A stretch of DNA of 64,000 bases from Eukaryota sp. TZLM1-RC (Eukaryota; Protista; Metamonada: BaSk clade): the NCBI GenBank assembly GCA_040285825.1, contig JAUPSS010000007.1:2082689-2146688 (forward strand), in the 5' to 3' direction. Every line of letters starts with the position of its first letter. The first letter of the stretch is position 1. This document shows, piece after piece, positions 12,301 to 24,992 of the stretch. The notes beneath the pieces were generated by a model. That model was not told the DNA's origin, searched no databases, and saw only the letters and a list, made by a program, of their open reading frames with translations. Both the position numbers and the translations under genes were made by a program.

Positions 12301-12899
12301 AAGCGTTAAGTAGTTCTCTTCTCTCGCTTTGAGGGAATTCGTAGACTCTATTAGGGTTCCTTTTATGGCCCAGAGTCTGGAATCCCACATTTTTACCAGA
12401 TTTTATCATTTGTTTCCAAAAGGGAGGGAGCTGCTCGAACAAACAGTAATCTGTAGGTTCAAGGTGAACTTCCGCGTCCTTCGTTATCTGTTGGCGAAGT
12501 TCTTTCTCTTCGTCGTCCATTTCTTCTAAGACGGACTGAAGTTCTTCGTATTCCTTCAGAACAAACGAAGTATCTGAGCTTGACCCAACATTTTTGTCTT
12601 TAGGTGAGGAGAGGGGTGGTCCCGTTCCTGAAACTTTCTCTGGTTTGTTGGACTTGGAAGAGGCGGGAGGTGGTTCCGTGCCTGGTTCCGTTGTTTTTGG
12701 TTTGGAAGAGGCGGGAGGTGGTTCCGTGCCTGGTTCCATTGGTTTCTTTTGAGGGGGGGGGGGCGGAGGGTGGTCTCAAGCCCGAATCCTCACTCTTTAC
12801 TTCTTCTCCTATTGTTGTGAATATATTATATGCATCTCTGTCGTGCTGTTGCATGAAAATCTTAAAAGAGTCAGTGTCCTGGCGAGGAGAGACTGACAT
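6386..12899 (-). pseudogene. Disrupted gag-pol of copy B (ORF pieces 12600-12899, 10616-12739, 9605-10549, 7998-9125, 6375-7574)
   Basis: Pieces align to the copy A polyprotein; RT reads MEIFQ|TFDEF, lacking IDGVFIYIDDIIIVGT. Confidence 0.92.
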
Positions 12900-12980
12900 G
12901 ATATCTGCTGAAGATATCCTCTGAATGAAAAGCTGTAAGTTTTTAAATAATTAATTAATTATTGTATAACCAATAATTAT

Positions 12981-13061
12981 TGTTGCCTTAGGTTGCAAAA
13001 GTGGTTGAGATAAAGATAATTTATTTTCTATTCATATTATAAAAGCCTAAGGGCGCCAACA
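12981..13061 (-). repeat. Single LTR shared as 5' LTR of copy B and 3' LTR of copy C
   Basis: PPT of C on one side (13062-13080) and leader/gag of B on the other. Confidence 0.92.
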
Positions 13062-13173
13062 CTGCTTCTTCCCCTTTTTCAAAGTTAATAGGCTTATATA
13101 AATATGAACTAAACTATAACAAATAACTAAATAACTACAAATAATCTAAACTAATCTAAACTAAGAATTAGCA

Positions 13174-16100
13174 TCACTTCCTAATTCTAGTACTGCGTCT
13201 AGGCCTCTTGTAAGGCGTAGAGTTATTGGAGGTACTTCTACGTTGACTAGTAGTACGTTTTCCAATTTTCTTGTTATTCCTACTGAACAACCTGTAAGCA
13301 GTTGAATGTTTAACTGAATGGAGAGGCTCTTTTGTTGTCTCACCGCCAAACCACTGAACAGTACAGAAACTACCTGAGTCAGAATTATATTCTGAGAGGA
13401 TTTTCTCTATAACATGTTTCTCAGCATCGCCTGCTGCGACTGCCTTTAGAAATTCGATATCCTCAGGGTTATCTGCGTTATAGATTTTGCAATCTTTCTT
13501 AGCAGCCTTTAATTCACTGGCAGTGATAAGATTCTTTAATAATAGAGTAGAGTTGGAAGGATGGTCTATTACTAAAAAGGGTCCGTTCCAAGATCCATGT
13601 AATTTATTATTCTGTTTGGTTTTACGTAGGACATAGTCACCAATATTAAATACTATAGAGCGCGAATTAGTATTGTCTACTGAAATCCGAGTATTTGATA
13701 ATTGATGACGCTCTGCTTCTTCCCTTTTTTCTTGGAGACGAGTATTTTTCATTTTAATATCGTCTAATAAAGGTATATTGGAATCAAATTTTGATAAGTT
13801 TCCTAATATGTTTGCAGGGTCCGATCTTGGACTAATCGAAGATCCAAACATTAGTTCGTAAGGTGTAAAACCTGTCTTTCTGCTTTTAGTGGAATTTATT
13901 AATAGTTGGGATATGGGTACATAAGTAGACCAATTTCCATAATCATTAAAATCTATTGATAATTTCCTCAAGCATTGTAGAACGTCTCTATGTTTTCGCT
14001 CTACGAGTCCATTACTTTCAGAGTAATGGGGTATTGAGTTACTCATCTCAATAGCTAATCTATTACACACTATCTTAAAAGTCTCGTTGGCGAACTCAGG
14101 ACCATTATCACTATGAATTAACATAGGTATGCCAAAAATTGCGCAAACGTTCCAAATCAAAGCGTCTGCGGTCTCTAAGGCATTGAGTTCCTTCAGAGGG
14201 ACCAAAATTGAATACCCAGTAAAAGAATCTACAAATACTAATAAGTATTTATTACCATCACTATCAGTATTCAGAGGTCCAATTGTGTCGACCTTTAATT
14301 TAGCAAAAGGACGATCTGCCCAAAGAACACCTGTGGAAGGTGTTTTTATTCTTTTAACTGGTGCCGTTTTTTGACAAGTTGGGCATCTTTTGATGTGGTT
14401 TATGAGGTCCTTTCTCATATTAGGCCAGAAAAAGTCGCTTTTGGACAGTTTATGTAGACTGTCGTTTTTGCTGGGGTGGCCTGATTGAACCAATCCATGC
14501 ATTTATAGTAGAGCCTGTTTTCTGAGGCTTTTTGGAATTAAGATTTTATTTATATTGTTTTTCCAAATTTGAGTATTTTCATCTAGAATTGCATTTTCAA
14601 ATAGAGGGTCATTGTTATTTTTAGCTATTTGTTGTTCAGATCTTATTTTAGAGAACCAAGAAGAAAAAATAAGTAAGTCATGGTGTCAACTTAGGGATGA
14701 AATTGATGGGATGTCTTCGAAGTCCGAATCAGAATCATCGTCTATTGAAGGTATCTCGTAATTCAAAAGTAAAGTATCTGGTATATTTATACTACATATA
14801 GAAGGAGTTTCCTCGTTTTGATCTAAATCAATATTCCTCGATAGCATATCTGCCCAGTGGTTATCTTCACCTGGTTCATGGACTATATCAAAGTCGAATT
14901 CAGATAGTATCGGCAGTCATCTCTTTACAATTCTGTTTTCCTCTGGGGCTGTGGCCAGGAATGCAATATTTTTGTGATCAGTGAAAATTGTTAGATGTCT
15001 AGTCAAAAGGTAGCTTTCTAAACAACTTTCAGTTAAAATCAGAAGAATTGCATATAATTCTTTCTGTAAAGTGGACCATTTTCTTTGTGTTTCTGTAAGT
15101 AATCTACTATAGAACGACAAAGGTTTCACTTTTCTTTTATTCAGCGGGGTTCCTGCAGGGGAGTATGGTTCAATTTCTTGCCAAATAACGCCTCCAACTG
15201 CTACATCTGATGCGTCAGTACTTATTAATACGCGCTTGCCCGGAGCTGGTAATTCAAGGGGCATGTGGTTAATTATTAAATCTTTTATTTGTTTGAAATA
15301 ATCATCATGCTCGTTGGTCCATTTCATTATTCTAGGTTTTCCTTTAATTAACTCATTAATTGGAGCTATTAATTCGGAAATACCTAGAAGCCAATCTCTA
15401 ATATAATTGATGGATCCTACCAATGAGCGGACTTCCTTCACTGATTTCGGTCTAGGGATTCTCATCAAGGCTTCTATCTTTTTCTTACTAATAAATCTAG
15501 TTTTATCCTGGAAGGTGCTTCCTAAGATGTCAATAGGGTGTTTGGAAGTTACGAATTTACAGTTACGTAAACCTATATTTACACGTCTATTTCTGGCGCA
15601 TTGGAGGACTCTTTGTAATCTCTTATAGAATTCATCGAAAGTTTGGAATATTTCCATCATTACGTTTTGAAAAACTGCTGGGAAGTTCTTTAATCCGAAG
15701 CAAGCTCTTTTAAACATAATTGACCTTCCAGGGATTGAGATTGATGTTTTCTCAATGTCCTTCTCAGCTACATTCATCTGCCAGAAAGCTTTTGGTAAAT
15801 CAAGGGTGGCTATGTAGTCTGCTCTACTTAAAAATTCTAAAATATCACTAATCCTAGGTAGATTAGGCTCTACTGAAATCGTGTGGGCATTAACTCTATC
15901 TTTACCACTAAAGTCTCCAGTTAACCTGGGTTTCTTGCCGTCAGGATATATAACTAAGACAATAGGAGAGCTGAATTTATAATTAGATTCAACTGCATAG
16001 CCCATTTCATTCAGTTCATCAAATATTTTGTTTGCTATTTCCATTTTGCTGGGATTTAATCGTCTAGCAGGTTTATGTACTATAGCATTCTCATCTCTAA

Positions 16101-19100
16101 AGGGGATTGTTAGAGGTTTACAATCGATTCCTTTTCTGTTTGGAGTTTCACTAAAAACATCGCTGAAAATTCCTAGTAGACTCGTTAATATTAATTTATT
16201 AATATCATCATCTAATTTTATCTCACAACCAGATCTAGTTAACTGCTCCTCAAAATCGGAAGGACTCGATGATTGGCAATCTAAGGTCCCAATCGAATGT
16301 TGAGCGATTCATGAGTCAAATTCAGATTCTGCATTTAACAAAGTACTGTGTTCTTTGTCTAATCTCATGAAAAGACCATCATCTGTCTGAAGCCTAAGTA
16401 TTTTTGACATGTCTATCCCTATTAATAGTTTGTTCGAACCCGGGATTATGGGAAGAGTATGTCTATAATGTACCTGGTGCGCAGTGCTTCCTACGTTGAA
16501 CGACAGAATACCATTTGCACTCCCTAGCGATTTACTTGATACGTTATTGGCTGGTAAGAACTCAATTGTATCATCTCTATTAATTGACATGTTGCATTTG
16601 TTAGCCAAATCTTCTGTTATAACCGAACAAAACGCTGCCGAATCAATGGTTGCAATCATTTTTATATTATTTATTAAAATCTCCAATCTTAGAAATGGAG
16701 AACACTGGGATCTGATGTGGTTTTCACTAACCGTAGAATTTATACCAAAAATACTATTGATATCAGAGCTGGGTTTGTGGAATTGTAGAGGATTTAGTAA
16801 GAATTGTTGAGCTGTTGGGGAGTTGTTGACTGGGTTTCCGAAATCGGCAATTAATTGATTATGATTGATTGCGTTGATTTGTTGCCGATTGGGAAAGTTC
16901 CTGTGTTTCTGACCCTGTTGCTGAAACGGTCAATCCGTCTGTGAGAGGTCATGCTCGAACTAGCTGACACGTTCTCAGAAGGGGATGATGTTGATGATGT
17001 TTCATCTTGTGTGTTTATGTAATAAATAGGTCTATACTGACCTCTACCTTTATGTCCTCTAAAATGGCCACCTCGACCCCTACCTCTAAACCTAGATACA
17101 CATCTACCACGGCCACCTCGGCCTCTAACTACGCTGCCACTTCTCGCAGGCTGATCAGCCTCGCCGATCTTAAACCTTAATTCTTTTGGTACCTTGCTCC
17201 TGGTACAGCGGGGGTCTTTACATTCAAAAACCGTGTGACCAATAGAGTCATTTTCTTCGGTGACGTTGCAGAATGTACAAAACTTAGATCCCTCCCGTTC
17301 ACGTCTTTCTGGGACATATTTGTTTTGGGGAGTTCCTTTGGATCCGCCTCCCGAGCGACGTTTAGCACCTGGACCAGATGGAATTGCTCCTCTAGAGTAC
17401 GTTCTCATGGTCGAAAGGCCTAATGGAATATCTTCTTATCTTTCAGCTTGTTTTCTCAAAAGTTCCATGGTGTGCCTATTTCCTGTTGTTTGGCACCAAG
17501 CTAAAAAGTGTCTTCTGGTGGTCTAAATCAGGTTTTACAAAGTTGTACCTGTTGAAGGGTCCCAGAGATCTTCTCTTGTCCAATGGCTTGCCAGCTCTTT
17601 GGTAATGGCGGAATTATCTATACCCAAGCGAAAGTATTCTGCAATGAGGGCGGGTGAGAGGGTTATTAAACCGCTGCTTCCCCTAATTGATACAGATATA
17701 GAGTGATCAACCATGTAAGTGGTCATCCTGAGGACGTCTCCAAAATCTTCGAACCTACCAAATTCGTTGTCCGCATCCATTTTGTTGTGGATGTTTCTCC
17801 AATTAATACAAGGTTTTGCTAGGGCAGAGCAAGCCTCATGATATGAGGTAAATTGTGTCCTGCGTAGCAGAAACACCATTAGATCTGCGTCTGAGAAGTC
17901 CGGTCTCAGAAGTCCTTGGCCTTGCCATCTAGAGATGAGATGGGGGTCAACCATGCTTGATAAGCCGGACGGACAAGTACTAATCATCATACTTCTAAAC
18001 AAGTCATAATGATGAATAGGAGGTCCCAGACGTTTCGTCAGTTGTGGATCGATCCTTAAAAGTGGCTGCTTCATGTCCCTATCGATTTCTTCTCTGATGT
18101 GAGATGGGAGTGATGATAACAACTCAGGGGTAATCTGGGTCTTTCCTTCGCCAAATATTTGGGTTGCTATCAACATAGCACGAGACCAATCAGATTGACC
18201 AGGGGCTTGGAAGCTTCTATAAGCTATCTTACATCCGTATTTATCCCATGTTTGGAACTTGAGGAGGAAGGAGACGAGACACATCTTGTTGAGTGGGTCT
18301 TTCTCAGATAGGTGAGGAGCTTTGTATTCAGCTGACCTAGGCTGAGAGTCCACATGTCTCTGAAGACTACTCGCTATACTCATGTCCAATATATTTCTTG
18401 AAGCTTGGAGGTCTTCCAAACGGAGAGGCTCCTCAGAAGAAACTCTTCTACGAGGGGGTTGAGGAGGAGGTGTTTCATCTAAACTAGGTCCTCTCAACTC
18501 GACTTCGTCTTCTGATGCACTAGTGAGCATAGGTTGGGAGGAACTTGATGGTTCCTGAACCACTCTGGTAGTTCTGTTTACTCGTTTTGTTACATCTACT
18601 GTTGGGATGTGGTCAAAAAGTACATCGATAGAACAGACTTGTACCGGTTGCTCCCTTTCTGATATTAGGGGGGCAATTACTGGAAGTTTAGGTCTCTGGT
18701 GGAGCTCTGTTGATTGATCGCCCGCGACCAAGAATCTGAACTTCTTCTTCCTTGTTGTAGATTCCCCGAATTGCTGAATAAAGTTATTTGGGCGGCTCCT
18801 GAATGTGGATACGCTTGAAATTTCCGTAAGTATATTGTTTAGGGCGTCCGCGTCAAAGAAGTCGCTGACGGGATCCAACTTACTTGGATTTGTGCTGTCT
18901 GCTTGTTCCATGTATTCTCTGAAACAAGTAGGAGCCCCATCCTCTACCTCTGAGTAGTTATGGATGATCGTATCAAAGTACGAGTCCATCCATGCCGGTA
19001 ATTTGGTTTCCAGGATGTCGTCGGTATCGGTTCTGCTCCTTCGTTCGATGGCTAAGAACCTGATCCTTCTCCCGAACTGATCTAAATGAATGGCTTCCCA

Positions 19101-19767
19101 ATCAGGCCTATCTTTGATAGGTTTTGCCAGAATCACATGGATCTCTCTGTCCATACCGGTTATCCTAGGACGGCGTTCTGCCCCGCGTCCATAGGTCTCT
19201 CTACTCAAAGTGTCCAACGCGTTAATGAGTTCTCTTCTCTCATTTTGAGGGAATTCGTAGACTCTATTAGGGTCCCCTTTATGGCCCAGAGTCTGGAATC
19301 CCACATTTCTACCAGATTTTGATATTTGTTTCCAAAGGGGAGGGAGCTGCTCGAACAGACAGTAATCTGTTGGTTCAAGGTGAGCTTCCGCGTCCTTCGT
19401 TATCTGTTGGCGAAGTTCTTTCTCTTCGTCGTCCATTTCTTCTAAGACGGACTGAAGTTCTTCGTATTCCTTCAGAACAAACGAAGTATCTGAGCTTGAC
19501 CCAACATTTTTGTCTTTAGGTGAGGAGAGGGGTGGTCCCGTTCCTGAAACTTTCTCTGGTTTGTTGGACTTGGAAGAGGCGGGAGGTGGTTCCGTGCCTG
19601 GTTTCTTTGGTTTCTTTTGAGGGGGATGGGGGGGAGGGTGGTCTCAAGCCCGAATCCTCACTCTTTACTTCTTCTCCTATTGTTGTGAATGTATTATATG
19701 CATCTCTGTCGTGCTGTTGCATGAAAATCTTAAAAGAGTCAGTGTCCTGGCCAGGAGAGACTGACAT
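13174..19767 (-). pseudogene. Disrupted gag-pol of copy C; integrase frame 13174-14502 still open
   Basis: ORF pieces 19516-19767, 17535-19436, 16851-17408, 16309-16686, 14917-16044 and 13174-14502 align to A. Confidence 0.92.
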
Positions 19768-19848
19768 GATATCTGCTGAAGATATCCTCTGAATGAAAAG
19801 CTGTAAGTTATTAAATAATTAATTAATTATTGTATAACCAATAATTAT

Positions 19849-19917
19849 TGTTGCCTTAGGTTGAGATACAGATAATTTATTTTCTATTCATATTATAAAA
19901 GCCTAAGGGCGCCAACA
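19849..19917 (-). repeat. 5' LTR of copy C (69 bp; 12-bp deletion between GGTTG direct repeats)
   Basis: Matches 12981-13061 except for loss of CAAAAGTGGTTG and one substitution. Confidence 0.9.
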
Positions 19918-22408
19918 TTTTCCGTAAAAATACCTCAAGAAACACATCCGTCAAAATGCAATGAATTTGCTTTTTGTTTTTAAAAGATTTTTGGATCAAT
20001 CATGTAAGGGAAAGTATGCTATCAATATTCTTTGGAAATTTTTTTTCTTTTGTCCTCCTTTTGAACAAAATTTCGTCAATAGTTCCGAAGCTTGAACTAA
20101 TATAGCACCGAAAAAACAGTCATCTGAGAAATTAAGTAGAATTTTTGAAGACAAATGCTTTGATAACAAATGGTCTAGGGCTTTGTCTACTTTAAGTCCC
20201 GGAGTTAAATCTCCCAACAATCAAAATACTATGGACAAAATGAAAACACTTCATCCTTTGGAGACCCTATAATGGATCAAAATTTTTACGGAACTTACTG
20301 GGAAAATTATCCATTTATGGCATCAGAAGTATTTTCGGTGATAAAAAAGGGACCACGTGGTAAGTCTGCCAGGCTTTCTGGTATTTCCATTGATCATATA
20401 AAAGCCGCTATTTCATCAGAGGATTGTCTTGTTTTATTAACCAAATTTTTCAACAGAATATTGACTGGTCAACTCAAATATCCAGAAGAATCAAGAAGTT
20501 CTCGTTTGACTGCACTTGTCAAAAATTCAAAAATGGATGTTCGTCCTATTGCAGTCTCTGAGAGCTTACAAAATATTTTTTCTGCTTGTTGCTTAAGCAG
20601 GTTCAATGAAATAGCAAAGACCATTTTATTACCCTTTCAATATGGAATTAATACTACTGATGGAGTTTCTTTAGCGATATTTGCTACAGATGTATTATTT
20701 CGCCAAAATGAATCCAATGTTTGTATGTCATTGGATTTTAGTAATGCATTCAATTCACTCAGTCGTCACAGTATCCATAGTGCTTTGTTGCACTATATGC
20801 CGGAATTAATGCCGTATTTTCAATCAACATATAGCACAAATTCTAATTTACATTTTGGTAATTCCATTTTGAGTTCATCAAGTGGTGTAAAGCAAGGAGA
20901 TCCGTTAGGACCTCTTTTGTTTTGTTTGGCCATTCATCCTATTTTATTACAAATTCAAGAGACATTTCCTTCGCTGAAAATGATTGCATATATGGATGAT
21001 GTTGTTCTCATTGGTGATTTAAATATTGTGAAACAAGCAACTGTATGTTTTAAAGAATTATTTACCAAAATTGGTCTCCGACTTAATTTACTTAAATGTG
21101 TTTTGTTATCCAATTCTCCAGTTTCTACAATAGTTGATGGCATATAAATTCAAGTCAAATTATATTCAATTGATGATATTCGTCATTTGGGTTCGTTTTT
21201 AGGAAATAATGATGAAATTACCACAAAATTGTCTGAAAAGTTGGACTCAATTTGAGATATAATTGACCAAATGATGACTTCAGATATACAGAAACATATC
21301 AAATTTACCATTATAAGACTGTGTTCTAGTTCCAACTTCAATCATATATTTCGATCTACAAATCCTCTCGTCACTAGGCCTTTGGCTCAAAAGTTTAATG
21401 AGTTACGTGCAAAAGTTTTGTCACAATTACTGGGATGTAAAATGTTCCAAATTCCAGACCATGCTTATCTTAGTCCACATTATGGCGGTTTAGGTTGGAT
21501 GAAGGCTTCTATTCTTACTGCGTGTGCTTTTATTGGTGGATGCAGAAATGCAATCTTTGAGTTTTCCGAAAGATTTGCAGATTGGGAAGATTGGTTGATG
21601 GCAACGCAAAGTTCCACTGTTTTTACATTAAATCAAGAAATTTCAAAAATTGATGTAGAAAAATGGGGTCGATGTTTTCCCCAATCATTTAATGGCAATA
21701 TTCCAGAAAAAAATGTTTTAAATTTGAAGAACACTCTTCGAACATTACAGAAACGATTGACTGGAATGTATGAAAAAGATCTTTATAATAATATATGCAG
21801 CTCGGCTGTTTTAAATCAAAATTTTCACTCACTGTTATTGGAAAACGGTTTTTGTGAAAACAAGTCGTCAGATTCTTCACTTTTTGTAACCATTGTAACA
21901 CGAAGATTTGGATTGTGTGCCGCTAATGAGCATTTGTAACAAAAATGAGATTATATTTGAACATTCCCATTAATCAATTATTATCAAAAGAAAAATGATT
22001 CACAGACGAAAACTTAATCCTATGGCTGCTCTGGATTTTAAAGCAAAAGAGAAAAAAAGAAAATATGATAAAGATATTGAAGAGGCTAATGTCGATAGAA
22101 ATACACAGCTGGTTTTTATTGCTATCCCATTTTCGATAAATGGAAGATTATGAGTTGAAGCAGAAACTTTTTTGAATGACTTTCAAAAAATGGTGCAAGA
22201 AAAAACAATGAAAAGATTTGATATTTTTTATGGCGTTCACGGATTCAATTTGCCATTATTAATAGATTACCTCGGTTTTTTAATCGAATTAGAGAAGCTT
22301 TAGCTAGACAGCAAGCAGATCAAGACTTTGTAGAGGAAATCTTGGTTTAATGATGGTCGTCCCATTAGTTATGAGTTAATTTAATTAAGTGTGGATGTTC
22401 AATAAATA
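19918..22408 (+). mobile_element. CRE-like (RLE-type) non-LTR retrotransposon, degenerate; 5' part cut off by the gypsy stack
   Basis: RT motifs VRPIAV, LDFSNAFNS, GVKQGDPLGPLLF, AYMDD (20272-21147); GGLG thumb; KxxKY...F-x-x-x-P-x-S-x-x-G tail near 22040-22150; colinear with 62.6-64.0 kb. Confidence 0.88.
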
Positions 22409-22416
22409 GTAGTTTT

Positions 22417-22698
22417 ATTCTTAGCATCTTTTTTACCATAATCACTCATTAGTATTGAACTGTCTTTTGGGTTACTAAATTGCTGCACAAGATTTTTCAA
22501 CAACCAACTTTCAGTCTTTTGGTTGTGAATAACAGCTTGCATTTTATGAATGCTTCCACAAGTCAAGACTGTAAAAGTCAATTGTCAAAAAAACTTGCCG
22601 AAGTTTGGCAACCACAAAGTTGGAAAAATTTATAAAAGTTGCTGAATTGGTGGCAAACGCAAATAATTCGGTGTTTGCATCTTCGATTGTCATTTCGT
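22417..22698 (-). pseudogene. Internal fragment of the same Fanzor family as 35908-38940
   Basis: EMTIEDANTEL...QVFLTIDFYS...HKMQA...KTESWLLK...DYGKK, nearly identical to about 38310-38590, with one frameshift. Confidence 0.9.
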
Positions 22699-23944
22699 GA
22701 TGTGTGGATTGTTTTCCAACATCGACATCTCGCAAGTAAAAAGCTATAGGCCGAAACCAAAACGCTCCTACTTCGATAAATACACGTTTGGTGATCTGTC
22801 CAAAGTCAAACAATTTATTCCACGTCCTTCCTGCATTGATTTTTCTTGTGACATTTCTGACATGCAAGCACTTCTGCGGAAGCTCACTCATGATACAGAG
22901 TCACTTACAACTTTTCTTCACTCCGTCAGCACCTCCGTACTCACTGATGAAGACCTGCTGAAAGTTTTCTCAGCTATTCTATCACCTGCAATCTCAAAGT
23001 CCTTCAAACTTCCTATCATTGCTTCGATGTACCCAGCCCTCAGTTGTCATTTTGATAAGGGTATTGCCTGTAAAACTCTCCTGTTCTCTACAATTTCCAA
23101 TACTCTCTCTTATGTATCTACTCCCGATACCTCTCTTCATGCACCTATTCTCGCCCTCTTGATCAACCTCACTAATGATAGAGAAAACTTTGCTTTCCCC
23201 GATGAAGGTTTATTCTGGTCAGAATTTTCTAGACTAGTTTATCTTTATTATAAGCATAATCCAACAAACCTACATTCAATACTGAAGCCACTTGAAGAAT
23301 TGGTCATCAAAGCTCCTATCAATCACATAGAGCCTTTTAGTAGTCTCTTTAGGTCTTTTTTTGGGTTGTTGGTCTTCCGTAATATGGATAAGGAAAAATT
23401 AAAGTTGAATTCCAAAATATCACTCAAAATAACTGATTTTCTTTATCTTAAACCTCAGCTATTAATAATTACTAAATTTTTGGAAATCTTCGTAGATGAA
23501 AGTTATTCCAATTTTATATCAAAAGAACACAGGTTGGTTTTAAATTCAAAGTTGCCAGATCTGCTTTCATTTTTGATTGGCCAAAAGTTCTTTACAAACC
23601 AATCTTTTAATTTCAATTTTTGGAAGTACGTTACTAATGAAAAAATTTCTCTTTACCCTGATTCTTTTGGTTTTTTGGTCTATTCGATATATATTAATGG
23701 ACAATTGTCAACAAATCTTGAATTAATTGAGGAGTATTTTGATAATGTTTACCAAGAATATCTAAATGATGAAATTGAGTCATCAGCAGTCAATCAATCA
23801 CTCGAATATTTGATTGACGTTTTTTTAACTCTTTCCCTAAAAAAACAATTCAAATCAGTGTTTTCTATGTTTGGTCGACACTTGTATAGCAAATATAATT
23901 CAAATTCTTACCCCAAACTTTTATTTTTCGAAACCAATAAATAA
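22697..23944 (+). CDS. Hypothetical helical-repeat protein (weak resemblance to the WAPL C-terminal domain)
   Basis: 415-aa ORF; LLINLTND motif. The start abuts a TE fragment, so the N-terminus is uncertain. Confidence 0.55.
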   Translation: MMCGLFSNIDISQVKSYRPKPKRSYFDKYTFGDLSKVKQFIPRPSCIDFSCDISDMQALLRKLTHDTESLTTFLHSVSTSVLTDEDLLKVFSAILSPAISKSFKLPIIASMYPALSCHFDKGIACKTLLFSTISNTLSYVSTPDTSLHAPILALLINLTNDRENFAFPDEGLFWSEFSRLVYLYYKHNPTNLHSILKPLEELVIKAPINHIEPFSSLFRSFFGLLVFRNMDKEKLKLNSKISLKITDFLYLKPQLLIITKFLEIFVDESYSNFISKEHRLVLNSKLPDLLSFLIGQKFFTNQSFNFNFWKYVTNEKISLYPDSFGFLVYSIYINGQLSTNLELIEEYFDNVYQEYLNDEIESSAVNQSLEYLIDVFLTLSLKKQFKSVFSMFGRHLYSKYNSNSYPKLLFFETNK

Positions 23945-23983
23945 TTTTTTTCCAAAATTTTATTATATATATCTTACATAAAC

Positions 23984-24457
23984 CTAGTCATTTTGGGTAA
24001 AAAGGCCTTCAGTGTTTTCACCAGCTTCCTCCAACTCAGATATTATACACTGTGCCAGTTCTAGCCTCTGGGCACGGAGATGAGCAGCTCTGTCGTATAA
24101 CCTTATGAGAGCGAGATGGGCGTTGTGGAGGGCTTGGTTATACTTTTCCTTGGCAGTGGAGAGCTCTTCGTTTAGGACTTGTATTTCTGGCCAAGCATCA
24201 GCAGCCATAGTAGCAGCGTATTGTTCAAGCAAGGGAGTCTGTTGATAAGGCTTGTATACAGCGATAGTACGACGGTATTCATCGAGAAACAGAAGTTGTG
24301 CAAAATCTTTCTTTGAATCGGCTACCAGTTGTCGCAGGAAGCGTCTTGTAAGAATTTTGATGTCTGCAACAGAGAAGAGGTTACCATTTTCAATACATGA
24401 TTCTAGCACCTCTCTAAGATCTGAGATGGGAATGTGTTCGACAGAAGAAGAGTCCAT
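23984..24457 (-). CDS. Hypothetical coiled-coil protein
   Basis: 157-aa ATG ORF with host-like composition, convergent with its neighbour. Confidence 0.65.
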   Translation of the reverse strand: MDSSSVEHIPISDLREVLESCIENGNLFSVADIKILTRRFLRQLVADSKKDFAQLLFLDEYRRTIAVYKPYQQTPLLEQYAATMAADAWPEIQVLNEELSTAKEKYNQALHNAHLALIRLYDRAAHLRAQRLELAQCIISELEEAGENTEGLFTQND

Positions 24458-24992
24458 TTCTTCAGATATAGGCTATACTAAAGTGGAAGGAAGCTGCTTC
24501 AGGATGAATGGACAAGGTTCTTTTTCAATTTGATTCACCCTCACCACTAACAAATATCAACATTTGCCAATGATATACATCAAACAACAAAACGTTACGC
24601 ACAGTGCTTAGATTACTAAAGTTCAACTTTGTTGTACTTGTAGTTTAACTCTTTTAACAGTCCTGAATGGCTGAGTCTAGTTTATTAAAAAAACAGAAAA
24701 TACAGTAACTGTGATACTTTCTGGGTCACCAGTGTCAAGGAACATTCCTTGACATTGGGAAGAATTAAAATCAAGGCCATCAATGTGTTTGTCTCTATTT
24801 TGTATTTGTTTTGCATTAACCTCATATTCTTTCAGGCCCGATTCTGAAGTGATTATATAACTTTGTTTAGTCTTCCATCAGTCAACATACCAAACCTGAT
24901 GTTCTTTGATTCTTGTAAATTTCTTTGCTTCAGTGGTTATACGAAACAGTGTATTTTTTCGAAGTTGATGGTATAGGTTATAAATAATTTTA

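Larger units (their letters stand above)
6386..13061 (-). mobile_element. Family 1 copy B, defective; 3' end interrupted by copy A
   Basis: Colinear homologue of A. Integrase breaks at ...HSVKH exactly where the LTR of A ends. Premature stops and a 48-nt deletion removing YIDD. Confidence 0.93.
12981..19917 (-). mobile_element. Family 1 copy C, full length but defective
   Basis: LTR-gag-pol-PPT-LTR structure; shares the YIDD deletion and several stops with B. Confidence 0.93.

Noticed and set aside
1606-19792. Numerous short antisense ORFs recurring in the gypsy copies
   Set aside because: These are shadows of the pol frame; they recur only because the copies are nearly identical.
1-19917. 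DIRS-like or inverted-repeat element formed by A and B facing each other
   Set aside because: The DDE integrase, PPT and TG...CA LTRs show two ordinary LTR elements nested in opposite orientation.
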